This document shows, piece by piece, positions 31,204 to 41,512 of a stretch of DNA of 64,000 nucleotides. The stretch lies in the IMG/VR virus record IMGVR_UViG_3300011724_000025, positions 1-64,000 of that record; one strand, 5' to 3'. Each line of letters opens with the position of its first letter. The stretch's first letter is position 1. The notes beneath the pieces are model-generated. The model was given only the letters and a program-made list of their open reading frames with translations. It ran no database searches and was not told the origin of the DNA. This DNA is from a virus. Its lineage: Duplodnaviria; Caudoviricetes. A program made the translations under genes and the position numbers.

Positions 31204-32331
31204 TTAACCAAGCAAAGCCACGATTTCTTCAAGTCCTTTTGTCGAAACATCGCTATCCTTAAAATTAGGTATCTCATAATCAGACATTATCTTTTTTACT
31301 TTGTCTTTTATGTCATCGGATGCATCAGGAAATTTTGATTTAATAATATCAATCAATCCAACATTCTTATCCTCATCTGAATGAGACTTAATTTTATTCT
31401 CTGCATATTCAGCAGCAAACTTTTCCTTTTCCTTCGCTTCTTTCGCCGCCTTTTTCTTACTCTGTTCAACAGTAAGCGTCCCCTTGCTGTGTTCCTTCAT
31501 AATTGCATCTTGCATAGCTTTTATAAATTCCTCTGCGCTAAATGGAACGCAATCTACAATATCTGCGAATCTTGATTTGCTGTCCACCGAATATGTGTCA
31601 TCTCTAAATCTGATAACCCTACTCTCACTAACAATTTTGCCCTTGGTAATGTCTTCTCCTGTTTTCAGATTCTTTTTTCCTGTTTTTTCTTGTACAATAT
31701 TTCTATCAATATAGGCCATTCCAAGAAAATGGAGCTTAGTTTTAATAGCATTGAAATATTTCTGGCTAATATCGCTGGTCAAAATGGAATATTGATTACC
31801 AGTTATTACATCATCTACGTCTTTCTTTTTTGTATGTGCTACGATAATAAATGAAACTCCAACCTTTTTCAGTTCCCATAATCTGTCCAATACAAGCTCA
31901 ATCGCTCTATCTAATCCTTTACCAAATCCACCAAAAGCACTGTTGATAGTATCAATCTTAGGTTTATCTGAATTTTTCTTATTATGAAGTCTGATTACTT
32001 CTTTTTCTGCCAAATCGAACAACTGGTCATATGTATCAATTACTACCACCTGTAAATCTTTGTAATCGGTCGTCTTATTATCAATAATATCATCTGTAAC
32101 TTCCATAAATTTGGCCCAATCCTCAATACGTTCAGAGACAATATTTGCGATTGCTTCATGCCCATCTTCTTTGCCTACATCAAATGCTAGATATCCTTCT
32201 TCTCCTGCAAGAATTTCACATAATTCTTTAATGATTGTAGATTTTCCAATTCCAGATTCACCAAGTAATCCAATATTGTAATGTAAGGGGTTTAAATCAA
32301 TTTCAACTTTTTTACCGAATTTTCTAGCCAT
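31204..32331 (-). CDS. AAA_24/Sak4-like ATPase (ssDNA-annealing recombinase)
   Basis: GESGIGKS, VVIDT, FGGFGKG, IVAH, KSRF. Confidence 0.78.
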   Translation of the reverse strand: MARKFGKKVEIDLNPLHYNIGLLGESGIGKSTIIKELCEILAGEEGYLAFDVGKEDGHEAIANIVSERIEDWAKFMEVTDDIIDNKTTDYKDLQVVVIDTYDQLFDLAEKEVIRLHNKKNSDKPKIDTINSAFGGFGKGLDRAIELVLDRLWELKKVGVSFIIVAHTKKKDVDDVITGNQYSILTSDISQKYFNAIKTKLHFLGMAYIDRNIVQEKTGKKNLKTGEDITKGKIVSESRVIRFRDDTYSVDSKSRFADIVDCVPFSAEEFIKAMQDAIMKEHSKGTLTVEQSKKKAAKEAKEKEKFAAEYAENKIKSHSDEDKNVGLIDIIKSKFPDASDDIKDKVKKIMSDYEIPNFKDSDVSTKGLEEIVALLG

Positions 32332-32395
32332 ATATCCTCCAATTTAATTTTTATCATCTATTTTATTTTGTGGCGGTATTTTCAACCGCCAATTA

Positions 32396-33529
32396 TTAAA
32401 ACAGATCATCATCATCGACTTCTGGTTCTTCTTTTTCGTCCTCTTTAAAAGGTGGAGTTTCTTTTGTTTCCGACTTCTTCACTACATCATCTAATTTTTC
32501 ATCTTTTGCTGGTGCAAAAATCACCTCATCAAATTCAGAAACAGTCATCTCGGTATCAACTAAGCCATCAGCAAAATCCCCAGTCAGTTTAGGATCAAAC
32601 AGCCTATATTCGTTAATTCTGTCACCAAAAATGGAACCGGCAGGTCTAAAGTCTTCCAACTTTCTAATTCCTAATTCAACCTGCTCTTTTTGTGCCTTTG
32701 TAAGCTGAGATTCATCAAATTCAACTGCTTCTGAACCGTTTAACATTACACATTCCCATAAGAGGTGCTGCATTTTCTTAGCGGAAATATCAACATACTT
32801 AAGCTTATAGTCAAGTAGTTTCTTGTGCTTCTCATTGCTTTCATCATATTTGCTTGCATTAAAGACGAAACGTTGCGGGATATACTTGGTTCCTTCATCT
32901 TTGTTGATATATTGCTGTACATAGCCATCAATGGTAATTTTCTTTTCTGTTCGCCAATCATCTTTTTCAACGGAGTCCTTGTTATAATAAATATCAGCTG
33001 TAATTGTTAGACGATTTTTCTTATCTTCGTCCACTGCGTAGACATTCTGAATTTTGAATTTATCGTAATATTTATCTTTGTACCATTCTTTTGTCATTTG
33101 CCCAGTAACACAAATCTTTCCTTTGTAATGTGGAAGGTTTTCTTTTATAAACTGAATAGCATCATATGTAGTAAGAAACTCTTTACGACCACCAAGTTCC
33201 TCGCCAAAATCCACTGTTGTTTTTCTGTACGAAGCAACAATTTTAACAATATCTTCATCAAATCTGTCTTTCCATGCGACTTCGATGTCTTCATTATCTG
33301 AATTTTTAGTTCTGATTGTTGCCTGTTCACTTCCAAAGGCTTCAACAAACGCCATATTATTGTCGTTTTCTTTAACACCGAAATTTAAACTAAACGTTTT
33401 GATCTTTTTACCAGTAGGCTTTCCTTTTTTGTCCCTTTCATCAAATTCGCCCTCTTTCACAAAAGGTCTTTTAGCTTCTGCCTTAGGCAGCATAGTAGTT
33501 CCAATAAAATTAAATCTTGTTTGCGACAA
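32396..33529 (-). CDS. probable phage ssDNA-binding protein
   Basis: OB-like beta pattern, acidic tail DDDDLF, first gene of the replication block. Confidence 0.6.
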   Translation of the reverse strand: MSQTRFNFIGTTMLPKAEAKRPFVKEGEFDERDKKGKPTGKKIKTFSLNFGVKENDNNMAFVEAFGSEQATIRTKNSDNEDIEVAWKDRFDEDIVKIVASYRKTTVDFGEELGGRKEFLTTYDAIQFIKENLPHYKGKICVTGQMTKEWYKDKYYDKFKIQNVYAVDEDKKNRLTITADIYYNKDSVEKDDWRTEKKITIDGYVQQYINKDEGTKYIPQRFVFNASKYDESNEKHKKLLDYKLKYVDISAKKMQHLLWECVMLNGSEAVEFDESQLTKAQKEQVELGIRKLEDFRPAGSIFGDRINEYRLFDPKLTGDFADGLVDTEMTVSEFDEVIFAPAKDEKLDDVVKKSETKETPPFKEDEKEEPEVDDDDLF

Positions 33530-34124
33530 ATTATGTCCTCCTTTATATATGTAAAAATATAAAACACTCTATTACTTCAACGCCTGTCTCCAAGCGGAAC
33601 ATAGAAACTCGCTCTATAGTGAACATCTATGTCAAAACAGCTGTTTATGGGCGAACTCTCCCAAGGGTGAGCTATTTTAGCACCCGCACAGATATTCTCT
33701 GTTCAGTTTTTAAATATTTGGGATTTTTGTTGATTAGATTTTATGTAAAAACTTGTTTACCATCTCATTAGCCGCCAAACCAATTTTGATGGGTGTTACT
33801 TATTTATTCTCCACTCGGAACCATAGATATGACATAACACCATGGAAGCAATAGATATTCTCCATTATCCGTAAGGAAATGAACTTGACCAGTCCCCATA
33901 CCATTCACATTTACAAGTTTGACGTGGATATACCGATGTAAAGATGCATCTTTCAAATCATGTTTCCCTGCTCCTATGTAATTGAGTTGGCTCTTATTTT
34001 TCAACACTTCTAAGTCATAAAACTTTTCCATCATTCCGTCCATCATGTCTCTCATAGCCTGTTTTTCATCATTCATATACTGTATCCTTTCTCCATTAAA
34101 ACAGGAATTTTAATACCTTATTTT

Positions 34125-34214
34125 CTATTTACCTTTCCGCCTACCTGTTGAATATCCAAGTAGATAGCAACAGGCAAGACAAATAATAAATACTCCGATG
34201 TTTAGTACAATCAT
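34125..34214 (-). CDS. 29-aa single-TM peptide closing the ABC operon (absent from ORF track)
   Basis: MIVLNIGVFIICLACCYLLGYSTGRRKGK, SD AGGTG. Confidence 0.65.
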   Translation of the reverse strand: MIVLNIGVFIICLACCYLLGYSTGRRKGK

Positions 34215-34222
34215 ATTTTCAC

Positions 34223-35827
34223 CTACTCAATATTTTTGAATGAAATATCTGTTCTTCTGTTCATAGCTCTATGTTCTTCAGTATCATTTTCTACAACTGG
34301 CTTGCTTGAACCATTTCCAATAACAATAATTCTATCAGCGGAGATACCGTTCAAGACGAAATACTGCTTAACTGTTTCTGCTCTTTGCTGAGACAACATC
34401 TTATTAGCCACATCATCTGGATCAGATGTTGGATTGGGATCTGTGTTACCGGCAATCTCAATAATTGTTCCATCAAGCACTTTTGAAATTTCAATAAAAT
34501 CATTTAACGTCTTTGTGGCTTCGGCAGAATCTGTAAACTTTGCGGTATTAATTATGAAGTTAACAGACGTAGATTTCTGTAATAATGCTACTGTATCTAA
34601 CACATCTTGCCTATTCTCTTCTGTCACAACAACTTTGGCATCTGTTGATGTGATCTCACTTGAATCGTATTTATCAGCTAGCTTATTGATATATGTGTTG
34701 TCAAAAACCGTATCAATAAGTTCTTTGTTTACTGTTTCTCCAATAGATTCCCAAACAATACACATATCTGAATAAATTGTTTTTGCAGTACCATTAAGAA
34801 GATTCAAGTTGTCTGCATATGTAGTGAGCTTTGCAGACTTGCAATTATCTAAGATATCCTGGTCAGAAGCAGTTGAAAACATAGGCATAACAGTTTTAAT
34901 AGTTGTGGTGTCTGTTTCGTATAAATCTGAGGCCTGTAATGCACCATCGATAAAAGCCGAAACTACATCTGGATATTTCTCTGCAAACTCCTTATTGAAC
35001 AAAATACCATCCATAATTAAACTTGAAGAACTAGACGTGCTAAATAAAATGTGGGCATCTGACATATTCTGTGCCTGAGTTAAATACGGTTCCCACGTAG
35101 CTGCAACATCAATTTGTCCTGCAAAAAATGCCTTAGCTGCTTCATCAGGTGTCTCAAATAATATCAAATTACTAATAATCTTACTCTTATCAGACTCTGT
35201 TAAATCTGACTGATTAACAAACCATACTACAAGAGAATGGGCTTCTGAAAACTGTGGTACTCCAATCTTTGCATTTACCAGATCTCCAACTGATTTGATT
35301 TCTGATTTTGCAATGATACCATCACCGCCATTTGAGAAATTAGTCACATAAGGCATAATTACTTTAATGCCAGCGTCAGTGAACTTTTTGGATAAAAATG
35401 CTGTTCTGTTGATGGTATAACCGGCAGCATCAATCTTTCCACTGACCATAGCATTACTTGATTGTGTTGCGTCATTAATAATACTGATATTTACATTGAT
35501 ACCAAGCTTATTGTAGATTGATCCATCTTTAGTAGAAAGCCCTCCGTTAGCATCAATAATGCTCTTCCAACCGATCCATTCATCAAGAGATAAGTTAATT
35601 GTCTTATTATCGTCTTTCTCTGTATTAATTACATTTCCATCACTATCTGCCGACTTGTTTTCAGCTTCATCTTTTACCTTTTCGGTTGTTGCCACATCTT
35701 TGTTTGTTGTAGTCTTAATCAAGCCACTGTTAATTCCGAAGAAAATTCCTCCTCCAATTAATGCCATTACCACTACAAGCAATAAAATCTTTGCTGTTCT
35801 CGTTAATCTAAATCGTCTTGAACTCAT
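34223..35827 (-). CDS. membrane-anchored ABC substrate-binding protein (NMT1/SsuA-like) fused to OmpA-like peptidoglycan-binding domain
   Basis: N-terminal TM; WIGW, SNGGDGII, AATWEP; C-terminal GNTD...LSQQRA..V...G.G...P...NRRT. Confidence 0.85.
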   Translation of the reverse strand: MSSRRFRLTRTAKILLLVVVMALIGGGIFFGINSGLIKTTTNKDVATTEKVKDEAENKSADSDGNVINTEKDDNKTINLSLDEWIGWKSIIDANGGLSTKDGSIYNKLGINVNISIINDATQSSNAMVSGKIDAAGYTINRTAFLSKKFTDAGIKVIMPYVTNFSNGGDGIIAKSEIKSVGDLVNAKIGVPQFSEAHSLVVWFVNQSDLTESDKSKIISNLILFETPDEAAKAFFAGQIDVAATWEPYLTQAQNMSDAHILFSTSSSSSLIMDGILFNKEFAEKYPDVVSAFIDGALQASDLYETDTTTIKTVMPMFSTASDQDILDNCKSAKLTTYADNLNLLNGTAKTIYSDMCIVWESIGETVNKELIDTVFDNTYINKLADKYDSSEITSTDAKVVVTEENRQDVLDTVALLQKSTSVNFIINTAKFTDSAEATKTLNDFIEISKVLDGTIIEIAGNTDPNPTSDPDDVANKMLSQQRAETVKQYFVLNGISADRIIVIGNGSSKPVVENDTEEHRAMNRRTDISFKNIE

Positions 35828-35841
35828 ATATAAAAATCTCC

Positions 35842-36579
35842 TTATTTATTATATTTTTTCTTTAAACTCTCTAAGTAGTCATCACTATGTAGTTTCTTCG
35901 CTTCTTTCTCGGCTCTCTGTAGTTTCGTAGACATTTTACTATCGTGAACTACTTTTGATCCCTCAACAATAGCATCTAAATCCTTATTTTTATCCCTTAC
36001 AGAACTAAGTAGCTTGTCGGTTGCTGAAACGTTTTTAAGCTCGTCCATATCGTCATAGACTTCCTTCAATTGTTTCTTCACCTTCATATTCTCCACAACT
36101 TCCTTACTTTCCCGTTTTAATTTGCGAAGATTTCTTTCACACATTTCCTGTGCTTCCTTTGCTGTACTGGTAGCTACGTCATACGCCTTAATCAATTCTG
36201 TATATCTTTTGATGTCTGCCAGTATATCTTCTCTCTCCTCTGATTTCAACTGAGCCATATCAACTTTGCCAGATTTTACAAGAGCTTCACATTCAGACTC
36301 TACTCTCACAAGTTTATTCTTTAGACCCTCCATGTCTCTTTTAGCATTACTCAATTTCCCAGCGGCCACTTTCAACGCATTGTCAGCTTTATTGTATGCG
36401 TCCTGGGCTTCATCAATTTTTTCACCATAGATAGCCTCTGCTCCCTCTGGTGTAGTCGCCATGTCCTTAATAAATAATCTCGTAATTCCCTTAAATAACA
36501 CTCTTGCTTCCGGAAATAAAATGAGTATAAGGACAAACAATGCAACTGCAATAATGATAATTAGTTTTGTTAACTCCAT
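35842..36579 (-). CDS. PspA/IM30-like coiled-coil protein with N-terminal TM
   Basis: TPEGAEAIY..KIDE start of a long coiled coil, C-terminal YLESLKKKY. Confidence 0.65.
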   Translation of the reverse strand: MELTKLIIIIAVALFVLILILFPEARVLFKGITRLFIKDMATTPEGAEAIYGEKIDEAQDAYNKADNALKVAAGKLSNAKRDMEGLKNKLVRVESECEALVKSGKVDMAQLKSEEREDILADIKRYTELIKAYDVATSTAKEAQEMCERNLRKLKRESKEVVENMKVKKQLKEVYDDMDELKNVSATDKLLSSVRDKNKDLDAIVEGSKVVHDSKMSTKLQRAEKEAKKLHSDDYLESLKKKYNK

Positions 36580-37112
36580 TACTCCGCTCCTCCAATGAAT
36601 TTAATTAATTCTGAGATTCTTGCAATTTCTGCATTAATGTTTGTTTCCGATACTTTAATCTCATTCTGTTTCTCCGATATCTTCTTTTCTAAATCAGCAA
36701 TTGCTTTCTTATGAGCTTCTATTTCAGTCTCATTATTACTGATTTCACCCTTACCATCTGAGATAATTTTGGACAAAACTCCACTCAAAACACCGACTCT
36801 ATTTTCTCCATCTAATCCCACATCAGTTGTTGTGAGTCCAAAACTACTCAAAATCGCAAGTACACTTGCTTTCTTTGTTTCTGTTACCATTTCTTTGGGA
36901 AGTGAATTAATTAACTCCTCAACCTTAAAAATTGATTTCTTTCTGTCAAACAATTCATTCTGCAAATAAATGTCCTCAATCAAGGTATCTGTATTTACTT
37001 CTTCAAGCTCAACATCTGCCTCCGTGGAAGATTCATATGTATCAATATCTGATTCACAATATACATCTTCCTGGGGAATCTCCTCCATAAACAGCTTTTT
37101 TAATAAACTCAT
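36579..37112 (-). CDS. acidic coiled-coil protein in ABC operon
   Basis: Amphipathic MSLLKKLF N terminus, C-terminal coiled coil; stop overlaps the next start. Confidence 0.65.
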   Translation of the reverse strand: MSLLKKLFMEEIPQEDVYCESDIDTYESSTEADVELEEVNTDTLIEDIYLQNELFDRKKSIFKVEELINSLPKEMVTETKKASVLAILSSFGLTTTDVGLDGENRVGVLSGVLSKIISDGKGEISNNETEIEAHKKAIADLEKKISEKQNEIKVSETNINAEIARISELIKFIGGAE

Positions 37113-37126
37113 TCAATATTCCTCCT

Positions 37127-37738
37127 TCATAGATTTATAATCACATCACACACTTTTTCAGCTTCTTCTTTACTATGTGTGACCATAATTATCGTGTTGT
37201 TTGTTTCTCTGTGTGTCTTCATGATTAAATTCTGCATTTCTATTCTTGTTTTCTGATCTAAAGCAGATAACGGTTCGTCCATCAATACGATTTCAGGTTT
37301 CATGAATAATGTCCTAGCAAGTGCCAGCCGTTGTCTTTGCCCTCCCGATAATTGTTTAGGATATCTTGCTTCATTACCAGATAGTCCAACCTGTTTAACC
37401 ATCTCTTTTGCCTTCAATATGTCATTCTCTAAAACCTTCTCTTTTATCTTCTTCGCAATTAATACATTTTCCAAACACGTCAACCAGTCAAAAGAAGTAT
37501 AATTTTGATGAATCATATATACATTGTTTTTATTAGCCTTGCTAACAGGAACTCCATCAATTATTATTTCTCCACTTACAGGTTTCATTAATCCAGAAAT
37601 CGTTCTAAGCAGAGTAGTTTTACCACAACCAGATTCTCCTAAAATTCCATATATCTTATTGTCAAATTGATAATCAAATCCTTTTAGCAATGGTTTGTCT
37701 CTGCTATATCCTGTATAAACATTGTTCAACTCAATCAC
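37127..37738 (-). CDS. ABC transporter ATPase (TauB/SsuB-like)
   Basis: GESGCGKT, LSGGQRQR, MDEPLSALD, VTH. Confidence 0.92.
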   Translation of the reverse strand: MIELNNVYTGYSRDKPLLKGFDYQFDNKIYGILGESGCGKTTLLRTISGLMKPVSGEIIIDGVPVSKANKNNVYMIHQNYTSFDWLTCLENVLIAKKIKEKVLENDILKAKEMVKQVGLSGNEARYPKQLSGGQRQRLALARTLFMKPEIVLMDEPLSALDQKTRIEMQNLIMKTHRETNNTIIMVTHSKEEAEKVCDVIINL

Positions 37739-38477
37739 CTAAGTACCTCCATTTAAAGATTGTTCTTACAAGTTTCTTCGATGCGGAATCAAATAGAACA
37801 CTCAACATCATAATTACAATGATTGCCATAAAAACCATGTCAGTTCTGCCTCTTGACGAAGACTGTTGTATGATCCAACCAAGTCCATGTTTTGCATTAA
37901 TCGTTTCCGCGATGGCTATATATGTAAATCCAATCCCATACATCATAATGAAACTGTTTAGTATGCTTGGTAAGGAAGCTGGTAGTTGAATTTTGTAGAC
38001 CGTTTGGAATTTACTCATTCCTATGGTAATTCCCGTATCTATCAAATCAGGATTAACTTCATTCAAACATAAAATTACTGAGGGCATCATATACACAAAA
38101 GTTGCAAGAAACAAAAAAGCTATTTTCATCATTTCGTCGATTCCAAACCACATAATCAACAGCGGATAAAATGCTGTAACCGGCAAATACCTCATTATAT
38201 TAATTATTGGATTTAAAATGTCTTTCACAATTTTCACATTATATATCAACAAGGCAATTGGGATTGCTACCAGAGCAGACAAAAGTGCAGCAAGTGTAAC
38301 TCTTAGAAATGAATACTGTATTGCAATAAATATTTCTCCATTATTTATGAGAATCCATAGATTTTGAAACACCACCTTTGGTTTAGGAACAAAAACCCGA
38401 TTTGTGTACCATGAGCATACTTCCCACATAACCAATATGCAAAGCAAAAGCAATACTCTTTTAATTACTATTTTCAC
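37731..38477 (-). CDS. ABC transporter permease (TauC/SsuC-like)
   Basis: About 6 TMs, RYLPVTAFYPLL..WFG, LPASLP, AETI..GLG. Confidence 0.9.
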   Translation of the reverse strand: MKIVIKRVLLLLCILVMWEVCSWYTNRVFVPKPKVVFQNLWILINNGEIFIAIQYSFLRVTLAALLSALVAIPIALLIYNVKIVKDILNPIINIMRYLPVTAFYPLLIMWFGIDEMMKIAFLFLATFVYMMPSVILCLNEVNPDLIDTGITIGMSKFQTVYKIQLPASLPSILNSFIMMYGIGFTYIAIAETINAKHGLGWIIQQSSSRGRTDMVFMAIIVIMMLSVLFDSASKKLVRTIFKWRYLGD

Positions 38478-38748
38478 TTTTCCTCACCTGCCTTCTCCTT
38501 TGATATTTCGTAATTCTTCTTTGCTGATATTCTCTGTTCCACCCAAAATTTCTTCTACGAACATTACCTTTAAACCAAAGGACCTGTAACGGATTTAAGT
38601 GTTTTTCAACACCAAAGTCATAATCGTATTCTCCATCAGACCATAGAAAATGTGGAACAAAGAAAAATGATTCACCATATTTAGGCCTGATATATGTAAG
38701 TTTAACTTTTGATGGATTCCTGATTTTGTGCAGCATAGCTTGCACCAT
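38461..38748 (-). CDS. hypothetical protein heading the ABC operon
   Basis: Overlaps the permease start; PHFLWSDG. Confidence 0.5.
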   Translation of the reverse strand: MVQAMLHKIRNPSKVKLTYIRPKYGESFFFVPHFLWSDGEYDYDFGVEKHLNPLQVLWFKGNVRRRNFGWNREYQQRRITKYQRRRQVRKSENSN

Positions 38749-38861
38749 ACAATTTGAATAGAACTCCTTTGTTATAATCTCTGTCGATTTATTTCACCTC
38801 CACTTTTATATTCTCCATTAAAATCGAAGTTTTATCCTTTTACTTTTAATCCGTATTAATA

Positions 38862-38890
38862 TTGAAACTATTTATTATTCAATGTATAAT
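38862..38890 (+). promoter_or_regulatory. sigma-A promoter of the inverted moron
   Basis: TTGAAA-17 bp-TATAAT. Confidence 0.7.
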
Positions 38891-38920
38891 TACTTATATG
38901 TACAAGAAAGGAGATATGTT

Positions 38921-39646
38921 ATGACTCGTATAAATCCAAATTTATTAAGTAGTGTCAATAATTATAGAATTTCAATAGAAACGGAAATTGTGAATTTTTA
39001 TAGTTTTTTGTATTCACAGAAAAATATTAACCTCTATCAAACTCCAAATTATAGACTGTTTTCATTGATTACAGAAAACATTAGAATGAACCTTGTGTAC
39101 CTTGAAGTATTGAATCCAGAAACTAATTTCCTCGGTTTAACTGGTTTATACAGAAATATAAGAAATTCCATCGAATCGTATTATGATCTTTTTAATTTAA
39201 CTTGTGATGAGTCATATTTTAGTGTATTAAAATATTATTCAAATTGTTTACAGCATAATGAACAAGATGTTAATATTATTAAGACCACTTACAAAAATAT
39301 TTTAACTACAAATAATGGTATAAATAAATTTATTAACACAAAAACCAAATCACGCATTGCTAAAGAAAAATTTAATCTAGATCCTAATATATTTGATACG
39401 TTAAAAGAAATTGGTATAGAAAGCAATAAATATGTCCATCCGGATATCTTCGTTAGAGAAGATTGCATTGAAAATACAATTAAGGAATTAGTATATATAG
39501 ACTGCTGTCTATTGAAATTTTCTTTCGATTTAATTATTCATTACGCACACAGAACAACAGGATATTACTCACCTTTAAACACTACTGATTTATTACATCA
39601 GCTGAATGTATTTACTATTCGAACTCAACCAATAATAATTAATTAA
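38921..39646 (+). CDS. AT-rich moron, possible HEPN-like (DUF5677-like) protein
   Basis: SD AAAGGAG before ATG 38921; RNSIE and SNKYVH motifs. Confidence 0.5.
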   Translation: MTRINPNLLSSVNNYRISIETEIVNFYSFLYSQKNINLYQTPNYRLFSLITENIRMNLVYLEVLNPETNFLGLTGLYRNIRNSIESYYDLFNLTCDESYFSVLKYYSNCLQHNEQDVNIIKTTYKNILTTNNGINKFINTKTKSRIAKEKFNLDPNIFDTLKEIGIESNKYVHPDIFVREDCIENTIKELVYIDCCLLKFSFDLIIHYAHRTTGYYSPLNTTDLLHQLNVFTIRTQPIIIN

Positions 39647-40163
39647 TTCCATAATGCTTGAAAACTACGTGTTAATCAAAGTAATCAATTGAAAGACGTG
39701 TTTCAATTCTCTCCACCTACAGTAATTCTATATCTTTTCTAACACACATGCGTAATCAGCTCTGATCACTACGTCATCAATTTTTTGATTAATACCTTTT
39801 ACTATGTTCCACCGATAAGGACTGATATCTTTATTAAGAAATTCTGCTAATTCATCAATTTTTTTTTGTTGTTTGTCTGCATCTGATGAGTGTTTCATTT
39901 TATTAATATCGAAAACTGCTTGTTTAGCAAGTTTGTCCGATATAAGATATTGCTCTTTAGCTTTAACGTACTCATAAATATATTTAGAAATATTTTTCAC
40001 ATTATCCTGTAATACCCTTTCTCTACTTAAGCTGTATGGGTAAAGTACGACTATTCTTTGGTCATAATGTTCTATGCCTTCTATGTACGTATAGCATAAA
40101 TCCTGAATCAAATTGATTTTCACCTCCTTTCATAAGGACTTGAAAGTCGCATTTTCTTGGTAT

Positions 40164-40763
40164 TTAAAAACTATCTCTAAAACTCTGCAACCACATATTT
40201 CTCTCATTTGTTCTCTGAACTTCGGCTTCGTAATTAGCTTTTGCTCTCTGTGCAGCGGCCTCACACACGGCAATATTATCTTTAATGTAATCTTCTGGCA
40301 TAATTTCAATATGTATTCTTTCTAATTCTTTGTTGTAATAATCAGTATAATCATGGACACACATATCTATCTGCTCTAAAGCAAATTTTTTAAGGCCTAC
40401 ATGCTCAGATGTGGGAGGAACCCATTTTTCAACTTCATTCCGGACTTTGAGATACTTTACTTTTATTTCTTCATTTTTCTTAATGTGCTCTACAATACTT
40501 TCTTCTCTGTTTTTTCTATCTAATTTTATTTTATTTATAGCTGCCTCATTTGTTAAACTCTTTGCTCTTTCTAATTCAATCAAGGCATCTTCATATCTTT
40601 GTTTATAATAGGTGTCTGGTTCGATTTTTTCAGGGATTGGCATTAATAATGAATCTTCTCTCATGTCAGCACATACTCCAAAATTACGACAGCACAATGT
40701 TAAAAAGTCTTTTCCAGTAGTTATATTTCCATCTTCAATATAAACTGTATATCCAGTTGGCAT
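40164..40763 (-). CDS. conserved phage hypothetical protein
   Basis: MPTGYT...F...C.RNFG...W.PPT.EH..LK.F..EQI. Confidence 0.65.
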   Translation of the reverse strand: MPTGYTVYIEDGNITTGKDFLTLCCRNFGVCADMREDSLLMPIPEKIEPDTYYKQRYEDALIELERAKSLTNEAAINKIKLDRKNREESIVEHIKKNEEIKVKYLKVRNEVEKWVPPTSEHVGLKKFALEQIDMCVHDYTDYYNKELERIHIEIMPEDYIKDNIAVCEAAAQRAKANYEAEVQRTNERNMWLQSFRDSF

Positions 40764-40783
40764 TTTACTTTTCCTTCTTTCTT

Positions 40784-41512
40784 TTAATAATCCACATCGA
40801 ACGAATTATCTATGTCATCCGTATCTTCAACGTCAATAATAATCGGAAGCTCATTCATTGAAGCCTGTACCAATATCAATTCCACATCATTCAAGTTTCC
40901 AAATTTGAACTTCTCTTCAATTTTATGTCCATCAAGATACAATGAGAGAACCTTTCCTTTTGTCTTGTCGTTATAATCCCTATGTATAGTAAAGGCAATT
41001 TGGCTGTCTCCTCTATATCTATGGTTGCCAGTATTCTCGTAATCAAGCTCACAATCAAGCCAACCGTATTCACTTAATTCACATTTACAATGCCATCCAT
41101 CTTCACAGCGATCATATTTATCCTGTTCATTCACATTTTCACACGCAATCTCTCGGAATCTCTTAAAAATACTGGATAACTTAATTTCCTCTGTCTGGCA
41201 CAAGAATAATTCCTTGAATCTCTTTGCTGCCTTTTGACAAATATCTTCTCTGCAAGTTTCATTAATAATCTGTGACATCTTTTCTATCATGAAGCTGTTG
41301 TATGACTGGAAATCTAAATCAGCAACAACCTTTGATACCTGCTCGGTCATCTTCTTTTCAATTGTGTTTCGTAAATTATAGCTATCAAGAGAATCCGTTA
41401 CTGCCTTAATTACTGCTTTTTCAAATGTTTCTGTAATAGCTTTCTCAACTACACCTTCTGATTCAAGACTGTCTATTTTCTTTTGTACAATATCAGTTAC
41501 ATCTATTTTCAC
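40784..41512 (-). CDS. hypothetical phage protein
   Basis: 242-aa ORF, co-oriented. Confidence 0.65.
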   Translation of the reverse strand: MKIDVTDIVQKKIDSLESEGVVEKAITETFEKAVIKAVTDSLDSYNLRNTIEKKMTEQVSKVVADLDFQSYNSFMIEKMSQIINETCREDICQKAAKRFKELFLCQTEEIKLSSIFKRFREIACENVNEQDKYDRCEDGWHCKCELSEYGWLDCELDYENTGNHRYRGDSQIAFTIHRDYNDKTKGKVLSLYLDGHKIEEKFKFGNLNDVELILVQASMNELPIIIDVEDTDDIDNSFDVDY

